Shown here one piece after another: positions 12,085 through 24,400 of a stretch of DNA of 64,000 nt. The stretch's first letter is position 1; the number at the start of each line of letters is the position of its first letter. This stretch comes from Carcharhinus longimanus. Its lineage: Eukaryota. A program made the translations under genes and the position numbers. Location of the stretch: NCBI GenBank assembly GCA_030264375.1, contig JASCQW010000081.1:13001993-13065992 (forward strand). Direction: 5' to 3'. A model generated the notes under the pieces. That model was given only the letters and a program-made list of their open reading frames with translations. It searched no databases and was not told the DNA's origin.

Positions 12085-12279
12085 ATCGAAATGTGAGGAT
12101 TTTTGTAAATCAGGTCATTTGACCCTAGCACTGACAGAGAATCAATACTCATTATTCCAAAGAAGAGAAACAAGGACAGGATTTTTTTAAGAAGCCGAAT
12201 GTGTGTTAATTTCGGGAATGCGGATTAAAATGATCCAATACCCAAATTTGTAGACTTTTTATTTAACCTTTCACACAAT

Positions 12280-12630
12280 GATGGCATTCTTGGCGATGTT
12301 GGCATTTGGTGCTATAATTGCCCTCAAACTGAGTGACTTGCTCAGCCGTTTCAGAGGTCAGTTAAGAGTCAACTACATTGCTGTGGGCCTGGAGTTACAA
12401 AAATGGCCGATCTCCTTCCCTGAAGGCCATTAATTAACCATGAGTGGATTTTTACAACCATCAATGGTAATTTCTTGGTCAGTCCATTGTTACTAAAACG
12501 AGCTTTTAATTCCAAATTTAATCGATTGTATTTAAATACCACCAGTTGCCATGGTGGGATTTAAACCCATGTTGCCATTAGCCAGGGCCTCTGGGTTACA
12601 AACCCCATGAGATTAGCATTATGCCACTGT
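12280..12630 (-). mobile_element. Second tRNA-SINE family copy
   Basis: cagttaagagtcaactacattgctgtgggcctggag...ggtgggatttaaaccc, homologous to 6903-8133. Confidence 0.7.
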
Positions 12631-13054
12631 CACCCACCCACAGCCACCACATGCCTTGCACCCCTCCTNNNNNNNNNNNNNNNNNNNNNCGTACCCCCAT
12701 ACCCCATCTCCAACACCTGAACTGATCGGAAAAATTTGTGATCTCATGTATTACTGTTCACCTTAATAAGCCTGCATTTGATGGGCTGAAGCACTCCAGA
12801 GGAAACCCACTCCAGGGAAATGCAGTGGTGATGGTGAGTTGGAAAATAGTTAGTGAAAACAGCACTTGGAAAGAGCAGGAAAGTGGGCCTTGGTTCTCAT
12901 GTGAAACTATCACTAGTAGAGGTGTAGTGACCGGAATAACTTCCTCCCATGCTGAGATTTCTGTGATACTGCATGCAAAGACTTAACGGTGGAATGGATC
13001 AGCTAATTATCTTAAAATCTTTGTTACATTCTTATCAACAGTTCTATCAAAGAT

Positions 13055-13527
13055 TCATAGAATCATAGAATCCTACAGTGTAGAAGGAGGCCATTCAGAC
13101 AATGGAACACAATCCCACCAGGTCCTCTCCCAATAACCCCATACATTTACCCCAGCTAGTCCCCCTGACACTTAAGGGCAATTTAGCACAACCAATCTAC
13201 CTAACCTGCACATCTTTGGACTGTGGGAGGAAACCAGAACACCCGGAGGAAACTCATGCAGACACCGGGAAAACACGCAAACTCCACACAGACAGTGACT
13301 GGAGATCAGGAATCGAACACANNNNNNNNNNNNNNNNNNNNNNNNNNNNNNNNNNNNNNNNNNNNNNNNNNNNNNNNNNNNNNNNNNNNNNNNNNNNNNN
13401 NNNNNNNNNNNNNNNNNNNNNTACTCCAGCTGCGGCCTCACCAATGCCCTATACAGTCGCAGCAAGACCTCCCTACTTTTATATTCAATCCCCCTCGCGA
13501 TGGCAGTGCTAACCGCTGTGCTGCCCA
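13055..13527 (-). mobile_element. HE1-like SINE, tail A, interrupted by a gap and a CR1 fragment (13423-13495)
   Basis: SINE body 13055-13320 and head 13500-13527; the intervening piece translates as ARGIEYKSREVLLRLYRALVRPQLE (CR1). Confidence 0.75.
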
Positions 13528-14479
13528 TTCTGGAGATTGTTGATCTGTGTTATTATTCCACTAAGTGCACAAAAAGTATTCATGTGCTGCATTATAGATC
13601 ACACACTGTTCGACCTATCATAAGCCCAGAATTTCCACTATAAACATTGATACTGATCATTATACTTTAGCGTTCTGTACTGTGGTCACATGTATTTCAA
13701 ATTCTAATGAGAAGTATCTTCCTCATGTCTACTACAATCTGTCCCTTCACACAATGCTGGCCAACACCAACTAACTGGTGTTTTTTTGACCATTCCACTT
13801 CTCACTTGGTGCCCCAGAGCTCTGTCTGCATTGTAGATTTCTGTATTGATCTTATAAACCAACTTAATTCTAATTAATCAACAGACAAGCTGCGGCACAC
13901 CAGTCATTATCTCTGGAAACTGCACAAACATCCCTTTTTAAAGGCAGTACCATTTTCCATTGTCGTTCCAGCAACTGAACTGATGATGTTTTGAATGTTT
14001 CAACATGATAAAGAATATTGTTCAATCTGCAACCAAACAGTCTGTGAGTGTGTCCTGTTCTACACACCGATTCATATTCACCCAAAGATGGCAATGAAAT
14101 GCAGAGAAATACATCAAAAACCCACTCAGTGGAGCCACCCTATGACCAGAGATTGCAACTGCATGGCAGCCGATATCAAATTGAATGGGAAATATATTGA
14201 GATAGCAATTTGCATGAGTAATTATTGAGAGGAAAACATAACTAAAAATTTTGACAACAGGATGGAAATTATGTGGGCAGGAAAATTGAGTCTCCAGTGT
14301 AAGATTTTATTGGGAAATAAGAGGAAATTTCAAAGAAATTTCAATTTTCCAGCAATGCAGTAACATTGGTTATATAGGTTTAAATATAAGTGAATTAGAT
14401 TCACTCATTTTAGGAAAGCAGCGTTGACTAGGGGTAGACTACTTTCCTCTTAACTTTATGTTGAATTCAGCACAAACAA

Positions 14480-15020
14480 ATAGAACAGAATCACAGAATT
14501 GTTCAGGTGCCATTCAGGGGGCCATTTGGTCCCTCATGTCTGTACTGGCTTTCCAAATGAACAACTCACCATTTCACAGCCTTCTCCCCGTAACCATGCA
14601 CATTCTTCCTTTTCAGTTAACAGTCTAGTTCCCTTTTGAATGCTTTGATTGAACCTGCCTCCAGCACACTCTCAGGCAGTGCCTTCCAGATCCTAATCAC
14701 TTGCTGAGTAAAAATGTTTCTCCTCCGATCGCGTTTGCTTCTTAGGCCAGTTGCTTTAAATCTGTGTCCTCTCGTTCTTGACCCTTTCACGAGTGGGAAC
14801 AGTTTCTCCCTGCCTACTTTGTCCAGACCCCTCACGATTTTGAACACCTCAATCAAATCTCCACCCAATCTTCATTTTTCGAAGGAAAGCAGTCCTAACT
14901 TCTCCAATCTATCTTCATAATTGAAGTTCCTCATCCTTGGAACCATCCTCAGGAATCTTTTCTGCACTGCAATGACTTCATGTCTTCCTGAAGTGTAGCT
15001 CCCAGAATTGGGCGGAGGCT
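14480..15020 (-). mobile_element. CR1 3' fragment
   Basis: GGDLIEVFKIVRGLDKVGREKLFPLVKGSRTRGHRFK...IFTQQVIRIWKALPESV. Confidence 0.88.
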
Positions 15021-15542
15021 GAATTATTGACTGCATTCTTGTGGAGCATTAACACTGGTACAAACCTATTGGACTGAATGGCTTGTTTTTCTGCTGTAAA
15101 ATTCACTATAAGTCCACATAAATCGTCACCTTGGTAACTGTACTAAGTACACAAGAAATCCCAATACTGTTCCCAAAGGAGATGGGCAAAATTGCCATTC
15201 TATTTCCCACATTTGCCCTTAATTTGATCTTTTTAGGACCACACATATAAACGGATTGGGAAATGAGAATAGGTCGAACATCATATTCATGAATGAAGGG
15301 TTATTATGTGAGATTTGATTTCAGGCACATTGTTGCCTCAATCAGGCCAGTGTGACATACGGTTAAGGAGTGTGTGAAGCAGATTATAAAGTAAAAGGTG
15401 CTCATTTTCACAGCACCCTCTCCCTGAATGGACATATAGTAATAAAACACTCATGTACAAATCGTTGATTTTTAATTTACTAAAGAACATAATTGATAGG
15501 AATGAGATTGGAGCAATCATGCTACCTAATTTGTCTCAGACA

Positions 15543-15696
15543 CAGTGAGTAGTCTCACAACACCAGGTTAAAGTCCAACAGGTTTATTTGGTAGCACGAG
15601 CTTTCAGAGCATTGCCCCTTCATCAGGTGAGTGACTCCCAGTGCTGTGAGACTACTTACTGTGCCCACCCCAGTCCAACGCCGGCAACTTCACATC
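15543..15696. mobile_element. 154-bp PLE-derived mini-element with a hammerhead motif on the minus strand (15594-15629)
   Basis: Inverted ends cagtgagtagtctcaca / tgtgagactacttactg; 12-bp TSD ttg(t/c)ctcagaca at 15531-15542 and 15697-15708; CAC CUGAUGA A GGGGC AAU GCUCU GAAA GC UC GUG. Confidence 0.8.
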
Positions 15697-15770
15697 TTGC
15701 CTCAGACATTATCAATCTCTTTGTAGCAGGTACAAATAATAATCATAAAGGTGATGAATGTCGGTCTTTT

Positions 15771-15941
15771 TAAAGTTTAAAGTTTTAAAGTTTATTTATT
15801 AGTGTCACATGTAGGCTTACATCAACACTGTTATGCAATTATTGTGAAAATCCCCCAGTCGCCACACTCTGGCGCTTGTTCGGGTACACTGAAGGAGAAT
15901 TTAGCCTGGCCAACGCACCTAACCAGCTTGTCTTTCAGACT
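15771..15941 (-). mobile_element. HE1-like SINE tail B, 5'-truncated
   Basis: aaagtttatttattagtgtcacatgtaggc... Confidence 0.8.
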
Positions 15942-16304
15942 CATCTTATCTCATGGGTTAAGAAATATAAAGGAGTCGAGGTAATGATACAGCTGTATGG
16001 AGCTCTGGAGAAGACCTCCCCACCAACCTCCCTCCACACACCCCCGTCTGGAGTACAGATTGCGATTCTGTGCACTCCATATCACATATGATAGATTGCA
16101 CTTGGTGAGGTGCAGCACGGATTCAGCAGAATCAGATTCAACAGGAGTTAAATAATGAGGAGACAATGCATTAAACTGAATATAGAAGATTCAGGGGTGA
16201 TCCAATTGAGGTTTTTAAGAGATTGAAGAATTTGACAGGTTGATAAAGAGAAACTATTTTTGTATCCCAGCAATGTGTTTCCATGTTAATGCAATTGATT
16301 GATT

Positions 16305-16546
16305 GCTAGATTGATTGATTTATTATTGTCACAGGTATTGGGATACAGTGAAAAGCATTCTTTCTTGCGCTCTAGACAGACAAAGCATACCGTTCACAGA
16401 GTACATGGCGGAGAAGGAAAGGAAAGGGCGCAGAATATAGTGTTGCAATTACCAATAGGGTGAAGAGAAAGATCAGCTTTATGTGTGATAGGACCATTCA
16501 AAAGACCAATGGCAGCAGAGAAGAAGCTGTTCTTGAGACAGTTGGT
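16305..16546 (-). mobile_element. Rex1/Babar LINE 3' end
   Basis: (ttga)n tail + tttattattgtcac...gaagaagctgttcttgag; reverse complement of 26130-26340. Confidence 0.75.
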
Positions 16547-16928
16547 TTATTAGTTCATAGTTAAACAAGTTAATATAACTGCAGTTTCTAATATTTTTTA
16601 AAGATGCTTCAGCACAATTGAGTGAGATTGGTATTGGAGAAAAAGGGAAAAAGATGGGGATGATGGGAGCCAGAATAAGTTTTTGTTTTCTGGAATTTTT
16701 TTGGGAAATAAGGCGTGGACGGCAAAATGGAGTTGAAGCCTTCGATCAGCGATGATTGCAGTGAATGGTGGAACAGACTCAATGGGGCGTATGACCCTTA
16801 TAAAGGGGGGGGGCCCAAGTTCACGGAANNNNNNNNNNNNNNNNNNNNNNNNNNNNNNNNNNNNNNNNNNNNNNNNNNNNNNNNNNNNNNNNNNNNNNNN
16901 NNNNNNNNNNNNNNNNNNNNNNNNNNNN

Positions 16929-17395
16929 TTCAAGGAAAGGGTCAGCAGAGATGTGCAGGGGAAGTGGTGGGGGCCTGGAATGCACTGCCAAGTGAGGTGA
17001 TTGTGGCAGACAGGTTAGCGACATTCAAGACTTATCTGGGTAGGCACGTGAACAGAAAGAAATCCCACAGCACCAGCTTAAAGTCCAACAAGTTTGTTTG
17101 TAGCCAACGCCCCAAGCTTTCGGAACACATTGTTCCTTCATCAGGTGGCTGGGGAAAACGTGTTCCGAAAGCTTGTGGCATTTGCTACAAATAAACTCGT
17201 TGGACTTTAAGCTGGTGTTGTGGGATTTCTTTCTGCTTTACCCCAGTCCAATGCCGGCATCTCCACATCATAGGCACATGAACAGGCAGAGTATAGGGAG
17301 ATATAGGCAGTTGGTATAGATAGGACAATGCGATTGGTGCAGGCTTGGTGGGCCGAAGGGCTTGTTCCTACGCTGTACTGTTCTTTGGTCTTTGG
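16929..17395 (+). mobile_element. CR1 3' fragment hosting a PLE mini-element
   Basis: VVGAWNALPSEVIVADRLATFKTYLGRH peptide; ends gggccgaagggcttgttcctacgctgtactgttctttg. Confidence 0.8.
17056..17270. mobile_element. 215-bp palindromic PLE mini-element with a hammerhead motif (17113-17147, minus strand)
   Basis: 76-nt inverted arms at 17053-17128 and 17160-17235; 15-bp TSD taggcac(g/a)tgaacag at 17041-17055 and 17271-17285. Confidence 0.85.
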
Positions 17396-18309
17396 TCCTA
17401 TTCCTCCTTTTCAAGTGTTCTTGTACTTATTTCTTACATTTTTTCCAATTAGTCTTAGAGGACGCGCCAACGTAATGTCTCACACATTGCACCTTAATGC
17501 CGTGTTGGCATTAGTATTGAATTTAAGGTCCACAGACACAGCTTAAAATCATACTTACTATCCAAAAGAGGAGAACTGCCATTTCATTACTTCAGAGCAA
17601 CAAAAAAAGCAAATTAAAATATGTGTTAACTTTTGTTCATCTGAATCTGCAATAGGGAAAACCTCACTGAAGCAAATGATTTACTGGCACTGTGACTGGG
17701 GAGAGAGGGAGCCTCTTCACATATCACTGGTTGCAGGCTCAAGTCCCAGTGGAAAAGAATACTCCAGTTTTCTTAATATACACTGATGAGTTTCATCAGT
17801 TCTTATTTAGACTGTGGGCTGGATCTCTTCCAACTGTAGGAAACACAACACTGGCTGGTGGCCAGAGTCTGCCTTTCTCATATCTGCCTTCAGGTAGGCA
17901 CGTCTCTTAATGGCTTACTCACAGAGAAGCACTGTCAACAGGGTTGTAGAAGCGCCTGTAGTTTGCTGCAAACCTTGATCACAGCTATATGACTGAAAAC
18001 ACCCAAATAAAGAATTGAGGCACAATCTTTTTGAACAAGCTTAGCAAAACTGAAGCAAAATGAAAACTCCACGGTAGGTGTCTCCCTCCACTTTACTGAA
18101 CTGGCTTGGTATTGACCTCAAATACATTCTCAGTAATTATTTCGCCTCGCAATTTGGATTTAGAAGGACAGAAAGAACATTGNNNNNNNNNNNNNNNNNN
18201 NNNNNNNNNNNNNNNNNNNNNNNTGGTCACCATGTTTACTTCCCGCATCAAATCCCATTTGAGCCTCTTTGGTATCTGACATTCTGAACTGCTTAGCATA
18301 TTTGTAATA

Positions 18310-18420
18310 AGGAAAGCGAGAACATGCATTTAGATAGCACCTTTCATGACCTCCAACGTCCCGAAGCACTTTACAGCCAATGAATTACTTTTCAAGTGTA
18401 GTCACTGCTGTAATGCAGGA
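18310..18420 (-). mobile_element. Deu-SINE 3' fragment
   Basis: tgcatttagatagcacctttcatgacc...cactttacagccaatgaattacttttcaagtgtagtcac. Confidence 0.7.
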
Positions 18421-21400
18421 ATTAGATTAAAATTAGATGTAGGGTGCTTAAGATTGGTAGTTAGCCGTTGTGGTCTGTTATGCCAGAGCCAACCTTCTCA
18501 AATTAACCAATTTGTGGAGAATCACAGGTACCAAAAGCTGCACAAGAATGTTGATCATCTTACTTTGCTATATTGTGTGCTATGGAATAAAAGTTAATTG
18601 AACATAGAGAAAACGTTGAGAGGTTAATAAAGGAGAAATATCAAACATTCTCAATGCATAATGTGAAGAAATATGAATTCAAGACATATCTATATCAACC
18701 ATGAATTAATATTAGTACCAATAATGACAGTGTTCCCCTCAACTTTACCATTATCCTATCACTTAGCATTTAGAAAAAAATAAAGCCCCGTGCATGCACA
18801 GAATTCATGCATCCAGAATTCCACCCACTAATATCCCATTTCTAAAAATAAATTGTAATATTAACAAAATGCCTGCAGTACAGAAGGCTGCCTGCTAACA
18901 ATACACATATATAAAAGTCAGTTTAGAAAGTTCCACTGGTAACTATCCAATGTTTGTTTCATGTCAGTTGCAATTACACTGCAGTTAATGCAAATCAGAA
19001 CTGCAGTTTAACACTACCGCCTTGGAGGACTCACATTGCTTGCCCAAATTCAATATACTGTGTATTTTACATCTCTGAAGCCAAGACTGCCTTTCAGCAA
19101 CATAAATGCGCAACAAAAATAGCTTTTTTTTCCCTTAAACAGTCTCCTACTTTACATAAAAAGCCACTTCATAATATTTTAACAAGTAGAATACTCAACA
19201 GTTAAAATAACTGTTAAAGTTGCATTAGCATTAATTCCAAAATATAGCCTCTTTAATTCTATGCTTCTTTTAGTCAATTTTACTTTTATTTCTTTGACAT
19301 ATTTTCTCATTGTTGTTTTTCACATGTAGGCACTTGTGCTCCTTTGTAAGCTTGCTGAATTGCAAATAGATAGAACGTCGTACAGTTGTGAAACTGTCAA
19401 ATTGTGAGAGGCTGTATTAAAAAATCTTTCTTTATTGCCTGCAAAAGCACATATAATTTAGCTGCCTTCACCACTGGTAACAACATTTGCATCAGCATAC
19501 CCTATTTTACTCTTGTAACATATGGAAAAGCCAAGAATGCTAATAAACTGCAATACCATGAACTATGTGAAACCTCTATTTTATAGAGTGCTGTATATCA
19601 CTTGCAGGTTGACCATTAAAGATATTATTAAGATTGGGAAGACTCAGAAGATGGCACATTTATGATCCCGAGAACAGATGGAAGAATACATTTTCCTTGC
19701 AAATATTTTTGAAATTGCTCTTCTGGTAGCAGTATAAATGTGATGTACAGATGTAAGAGCCAACAAGGCAAGGACAAGAGGTCCAGATTTACACAGTAAA
19801 AGCTTCACATCCACCCTGTCATGTTTGATTGATCTGAATGATACCTTAGAAACTTGTTGACTGGTGGGAAACAGTGCAAATAACTCATTGCAGCAACCCA
19901 GATAATTCATACGGCCAATCAGCTGGCTTTACTTTCTACATATGACATATGAGCGCTCCTCGAAAAGATGCATCATTTTCCTGTATGAGTGATATTCAAT
20001 GTCAGTAAAACGTACTGCTACAGGAAAGGAGAGGGAAGCAGACTAGCAAGGCACTGCACAATAATGTTACAATGATGACAGTTATACCTTTTCACTTCCT
20101 AAAACACTGCCGGCAGATATCCCAAACCAATTTTGATTATCATATTGATTGAAATAGTTCATCATGGTGTAATTTTAGCTTTAACGCCAACAGATTGGGA
20201 AGGAGCACCAGAATTATCTAACAAAAGCACAACATTCTACCACAGGGACGTTTCCCTGTTCCAGTTCATTGATGGAGTTGATTAAGTTTAAATGAAGCAG
20301 ACAGTGGATAAAAGTAAGGGTATTGACCAGTGGGCACCGTGCTCNNNNNNNNNNNNNNNNNNNNNNNNNNNNNNNNNNNNNNNNNNNNNNNNNNNNNNNN
20401 NNNNNNNNNNNNNNNNNNNNNNNNNNNNNNNNNNNNNNNNNNNNNNNNNNNNNNNNNNNNNNNNNNNNNNNNNNNNAATCCTCTTGGTCCAAACGGGGTT
20501 CAACTTTGAAGCTTGCTCCTAAGGAAAGACAGTTATCTAAATGCTAAATAAGAAACTTATTGTACTTTTCATGGCATGCTAATCTTTTGTCTATTTCATC
20601 CCCATTATTTGTACTCTCATAGATTTCAGTCGCCATGGTGATTACCAACTCAAGATAGGGCCAGCCTGGGGGACCTTGCTGGAAATCAACCCTGCATGTA
20701 AAACAGACCTCAATAAAATCTCACTCAAAGGACAAGGCCTGACAATTAACCACCCTCTATCCAAGGCCTGAGAGTGACCAGTCCCTCAATATTGTCCTGC
20801 CGTGGCGGGTCAACCCCTCCTTTTCTTTTGACTGCCATAAAGCTGCTCGTCGCAGGGACCCTGACCGCTGCTTGCATTAAGAGCAGTAATTTCATTTGCT
20901 TTGACAGTCAATATGGTTAATGGGATCATTGTTTTGGAAATGCGATCTTCCAATCGGCGCTGTGATTTCTGTTGCTCCTTTTTTCCATTCTGTGTGGGGA
21001 CCTCAGGCCCCCCTCCCCTCTCTCTCTTTCTCTCTCTCTAAGCGCCGTGTCCTCTTGGAGGCAAAGCCTTAATAAGTTTTTGATGTGTCGAATCAAACGC
21101 TCGCCGGGAGGCGGATAATGGGAAGTGTGATCTGTATATTTTTGAACATTGCGGGAAATACTTTGCACAGTCTGGCCCGTAAGATGTTAGCAACGGGCGG
21201 GAAGAGTAATCTCATATCGTGTAGCAAGCTCTCATTCTGCACAGGAAATTGCAAAACCCTAAACCCTAAAATCCACCATAACAACAACAAAAAAAAGCAA
21301 CAAATCACAAAGAGCTACATGGGATTGAAACAATGCCGTGCTGCAAGCAAACAAAAAGTACTTTTTAAAAAAAAACCTTTTCAATAATCCGGTTAGCGTT

Positions 21401-24400
21401 TTCATTAATTCAGAGTGGCAACAACATAAAGTTTCCTGAATGCTGGCGCTTGTCGCAAAGATTTTTTACAAGAGATTAGATCAGGAAAATGTCCAAATTT
21501 GGCGCAGAGAATTAACACCTCAGTTGCATTTTATTGTATGTGTGTGTATATGTCTGTTTAACACACATACACACGTGTACATATATATATAGACGAATGA
21601 TATATGTAGGTATCAGGAAAAAGAGACTGGAACTTTTTGACTGCTCAGAACCAAGTGTTCATTAGGAGTAGAGGACAGAATTGAAGAAAACCCGTAAGCC
21701 TCTGGTGACAGGTAGTAAGTAGGATATATAACAGGTGACAAATCCCAGGATGATCATGAAATTTACACGCGTTGTCAGCTTAGAGCTTCCGAATGGGCGG
21801 CTCGAGCCCCAGTCAAACAGCCTAGCATTAATCGCAAACCATTATAGTCCAGAGGAAAAAACACACACACACAGCCGCTGCCGAGCACACGGCAATTTGT
21901 TTTACTTTACTGCCTTGACTTGCCAACTGGTAATTACAAACAGAGTTTGGGAACGTGACTGAGCAGGAATTGTTTACAGCGGATCCAGATCAAACATTGA
22001 CAGAATGGATTGAGGAGGGAAATATAATGAGGCGAGTACAGTAACGCGAGAGCGTTTTGTCGACCAATTCATATTTTAATGACACGCTGGATATGCAGAG
22101 AGATGGCAGGTGCTGCAACTATCCAGGGTCTTTCTTTCAAATCAAGATCATCTTCTGCTAAACCCACAACACGGGAAGTAACAAAAAAACGGGGTGGGTG
22201 GTGGGGGGGGGGGGCGCCGTTACACTCCGCTCTCTTGTCAAAACAAGTCTTTATAAACACGTTTTCTTGGCGAGAGGGGAAATAAAATACACTTTTCAAA
22301 AGTAGCCAAAATAAAACAGATCTGTTTTTAATCCGTGTACCGCCTTGTTTTGAGTTTGATTCAATTAAAAAGTTGCAAACACAAATGATGTATCTTTTTA
22401 AAACAAAAGAAGGAGAAAACATATTTATTTAAAAATAACACGAGCATCGAAGGAAATGCTCAGTTTTTGGACCAGTTAATATTTTATTGATTATAATGTA
22501 ATAATTCCATATTTAAAAGCGGCCTCACACAGACACATTTGTAGTCATTTGTACAGTGAGTTTGTCTCGTTTTTATTTAGGTTTCATAGCTAGACATTTA
22601 ATTATAACATTACCGGCAACATGGTAAATAAGAACAATTGGGACTGACACTGCAGATTAATTTAGAAACTGCCTCCCCCTAATTTTGCGAGGGAGAGTTG
22701 TCACACACGGGGTGCTGTGGGTGATCTTGGGACTTTCCACTGAAATTAGGGAGTAAAAGGAGTGGAGGGGGGAATGCGTAGGGAATGGGGGGGTGGGGAC
22801 GGAGGGAACGGGGAACAGTCCCTTCAGATAAATCTCGCAGGCGAACTAGCTGGCTGGCCGCTCAGAGATCAGCCCTGGCGGAACGCAAGCTCATGTTGGA
22901 ACCAGCGTGGAGAAGGGGGCTCTCTCTCTCTCTCTCTCTTACCCCCTCCCCCTCCTCTCGATGAAGCGAATTGGCTCCCGCAATTTGGGAAATGTTTATA
23001 TTAAACTGTAGCCAAATTAAAAGCCGCACAATATTGTGGAAGTCAGGCCAGAAATCTCAAAGCAACCCTCCCCACCTTTCAAATGAATATCCGTTACTAA
23101 GGGGTAGCTTTCTAAGGGGAAAAAAATGAACACCCTGGGTTTTTTTGTGCTGCTTACCATGTTTACTGTTACAATCCACGACAAGGAAGCAATTACGCGC
23201 CCCCATTCCCTGAGGTTTATCCGAAAAGTTCAGCCAAATAATACTGCTGATCCTACCCTGATAAAAAGCTGTTTGCACTGCATTCTTTTTTGTTCTACAG
23301 AATAAATCTCATTTGCCATCAATATTTTTTTTAGATCCCAGCTGAATTGCTATATTTTAAACATTTTTAAACCTGTCCGAGAGTAGATTGAAATAAGTGT
23401 CCCAATGTGTTAATTATTTAACATTGTCTCCGGTGGAAAATACTCTTGACTGCGGAATGTTACCGCAGACATGGGGGGGGAAACATTTCAATTATTTTCT
23501 TAAACAGGGGTAGGGTAGGGTGAGTGGGTTCTTTTAAGATTGACACTGTGTACAAGGAGAAACTGGAAAATAAAACAAGCTACTTGTCTCGAAAGCTGTG
23601 TGTGATTTTGTAAAGTGAGGGCTGCGCCTGTTAGCTTCACATCTACAAGGCTCTTTAATGTGTCAGCCTCATCCACCCAGTTGTCTCTTTCTGCCCAGTC
23701 ACCGGCTTGCCTGGCTGTCTTATCAACAACAACAATACTTTCAAATCCCTCCATGACTTCACCCTTCTCTCGCTTGCCCCCCCCCCCCCCCCNNNNNNNN
23801 NNNNNNNNNNNNNNNNNNNNNNNNNNNNNNNNNNNNNNNNNNNNNNNNNNNNNNNNNNNNNNNNNNNNNNNNNNNNNNNNNNNNNNNNNNNNNNNNNNNN
23901 NNNNNNNNNNNNNNNNNNNNNNNNNNNNNNNNNNNNNNNNNNNNNNNNNNNNNNNNNNNNNNNNNNNNNNNNNNNNNNNNNNNNNNNNNNNNNNNNNNNN
24001 NNNNNNNNNNNNNNNGAGTGGGAGGGGGGATGGGCTACCTTTGTAAACTGACTGGGTGCCCATCCACCAAATGTATCTTTCAGACTGTGTGCATAGGGAA
24101 ATGTCCCAACTGCTGAGAGTGGGACAGATTCGGCTGCTTGACTCGTCCCTGCTTCCAAATAATGCGCTTAACATTGAATAAAAGCGTGTTTTTTTTGGGG
24201 GGGGGGGGGGCGAGGTGGGGGGAGAAGAAAAAACCAAAAGCCATCAGTGGTTCCGAAAACGCCGGCAAGCGCCCACTGAGGCGTTTGCTATTTATTTGGT
24301 CTCATGAAAACGATCCCATTAAGAATATTACCAATTATAATCATTGTAATCACATATCCATAACATAGCAAAATAAAGACAGCCAAAGTAATTAGTGTGT

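Noticed and set aside
17782-17800. actgatga-gtt-tcatcagt perfect hairpin containing CTGATGA
   Set aside because: No stem II plus GAAA arrangement, so not a hammerhead; an 8-bp stem is expected by chance
19644-19910. 88-aa minus-strand ORF
   Set aside because: No recognisable homology; it lies in UTR-like sequence downstream of stops in all three frames from the 20017 acceptor
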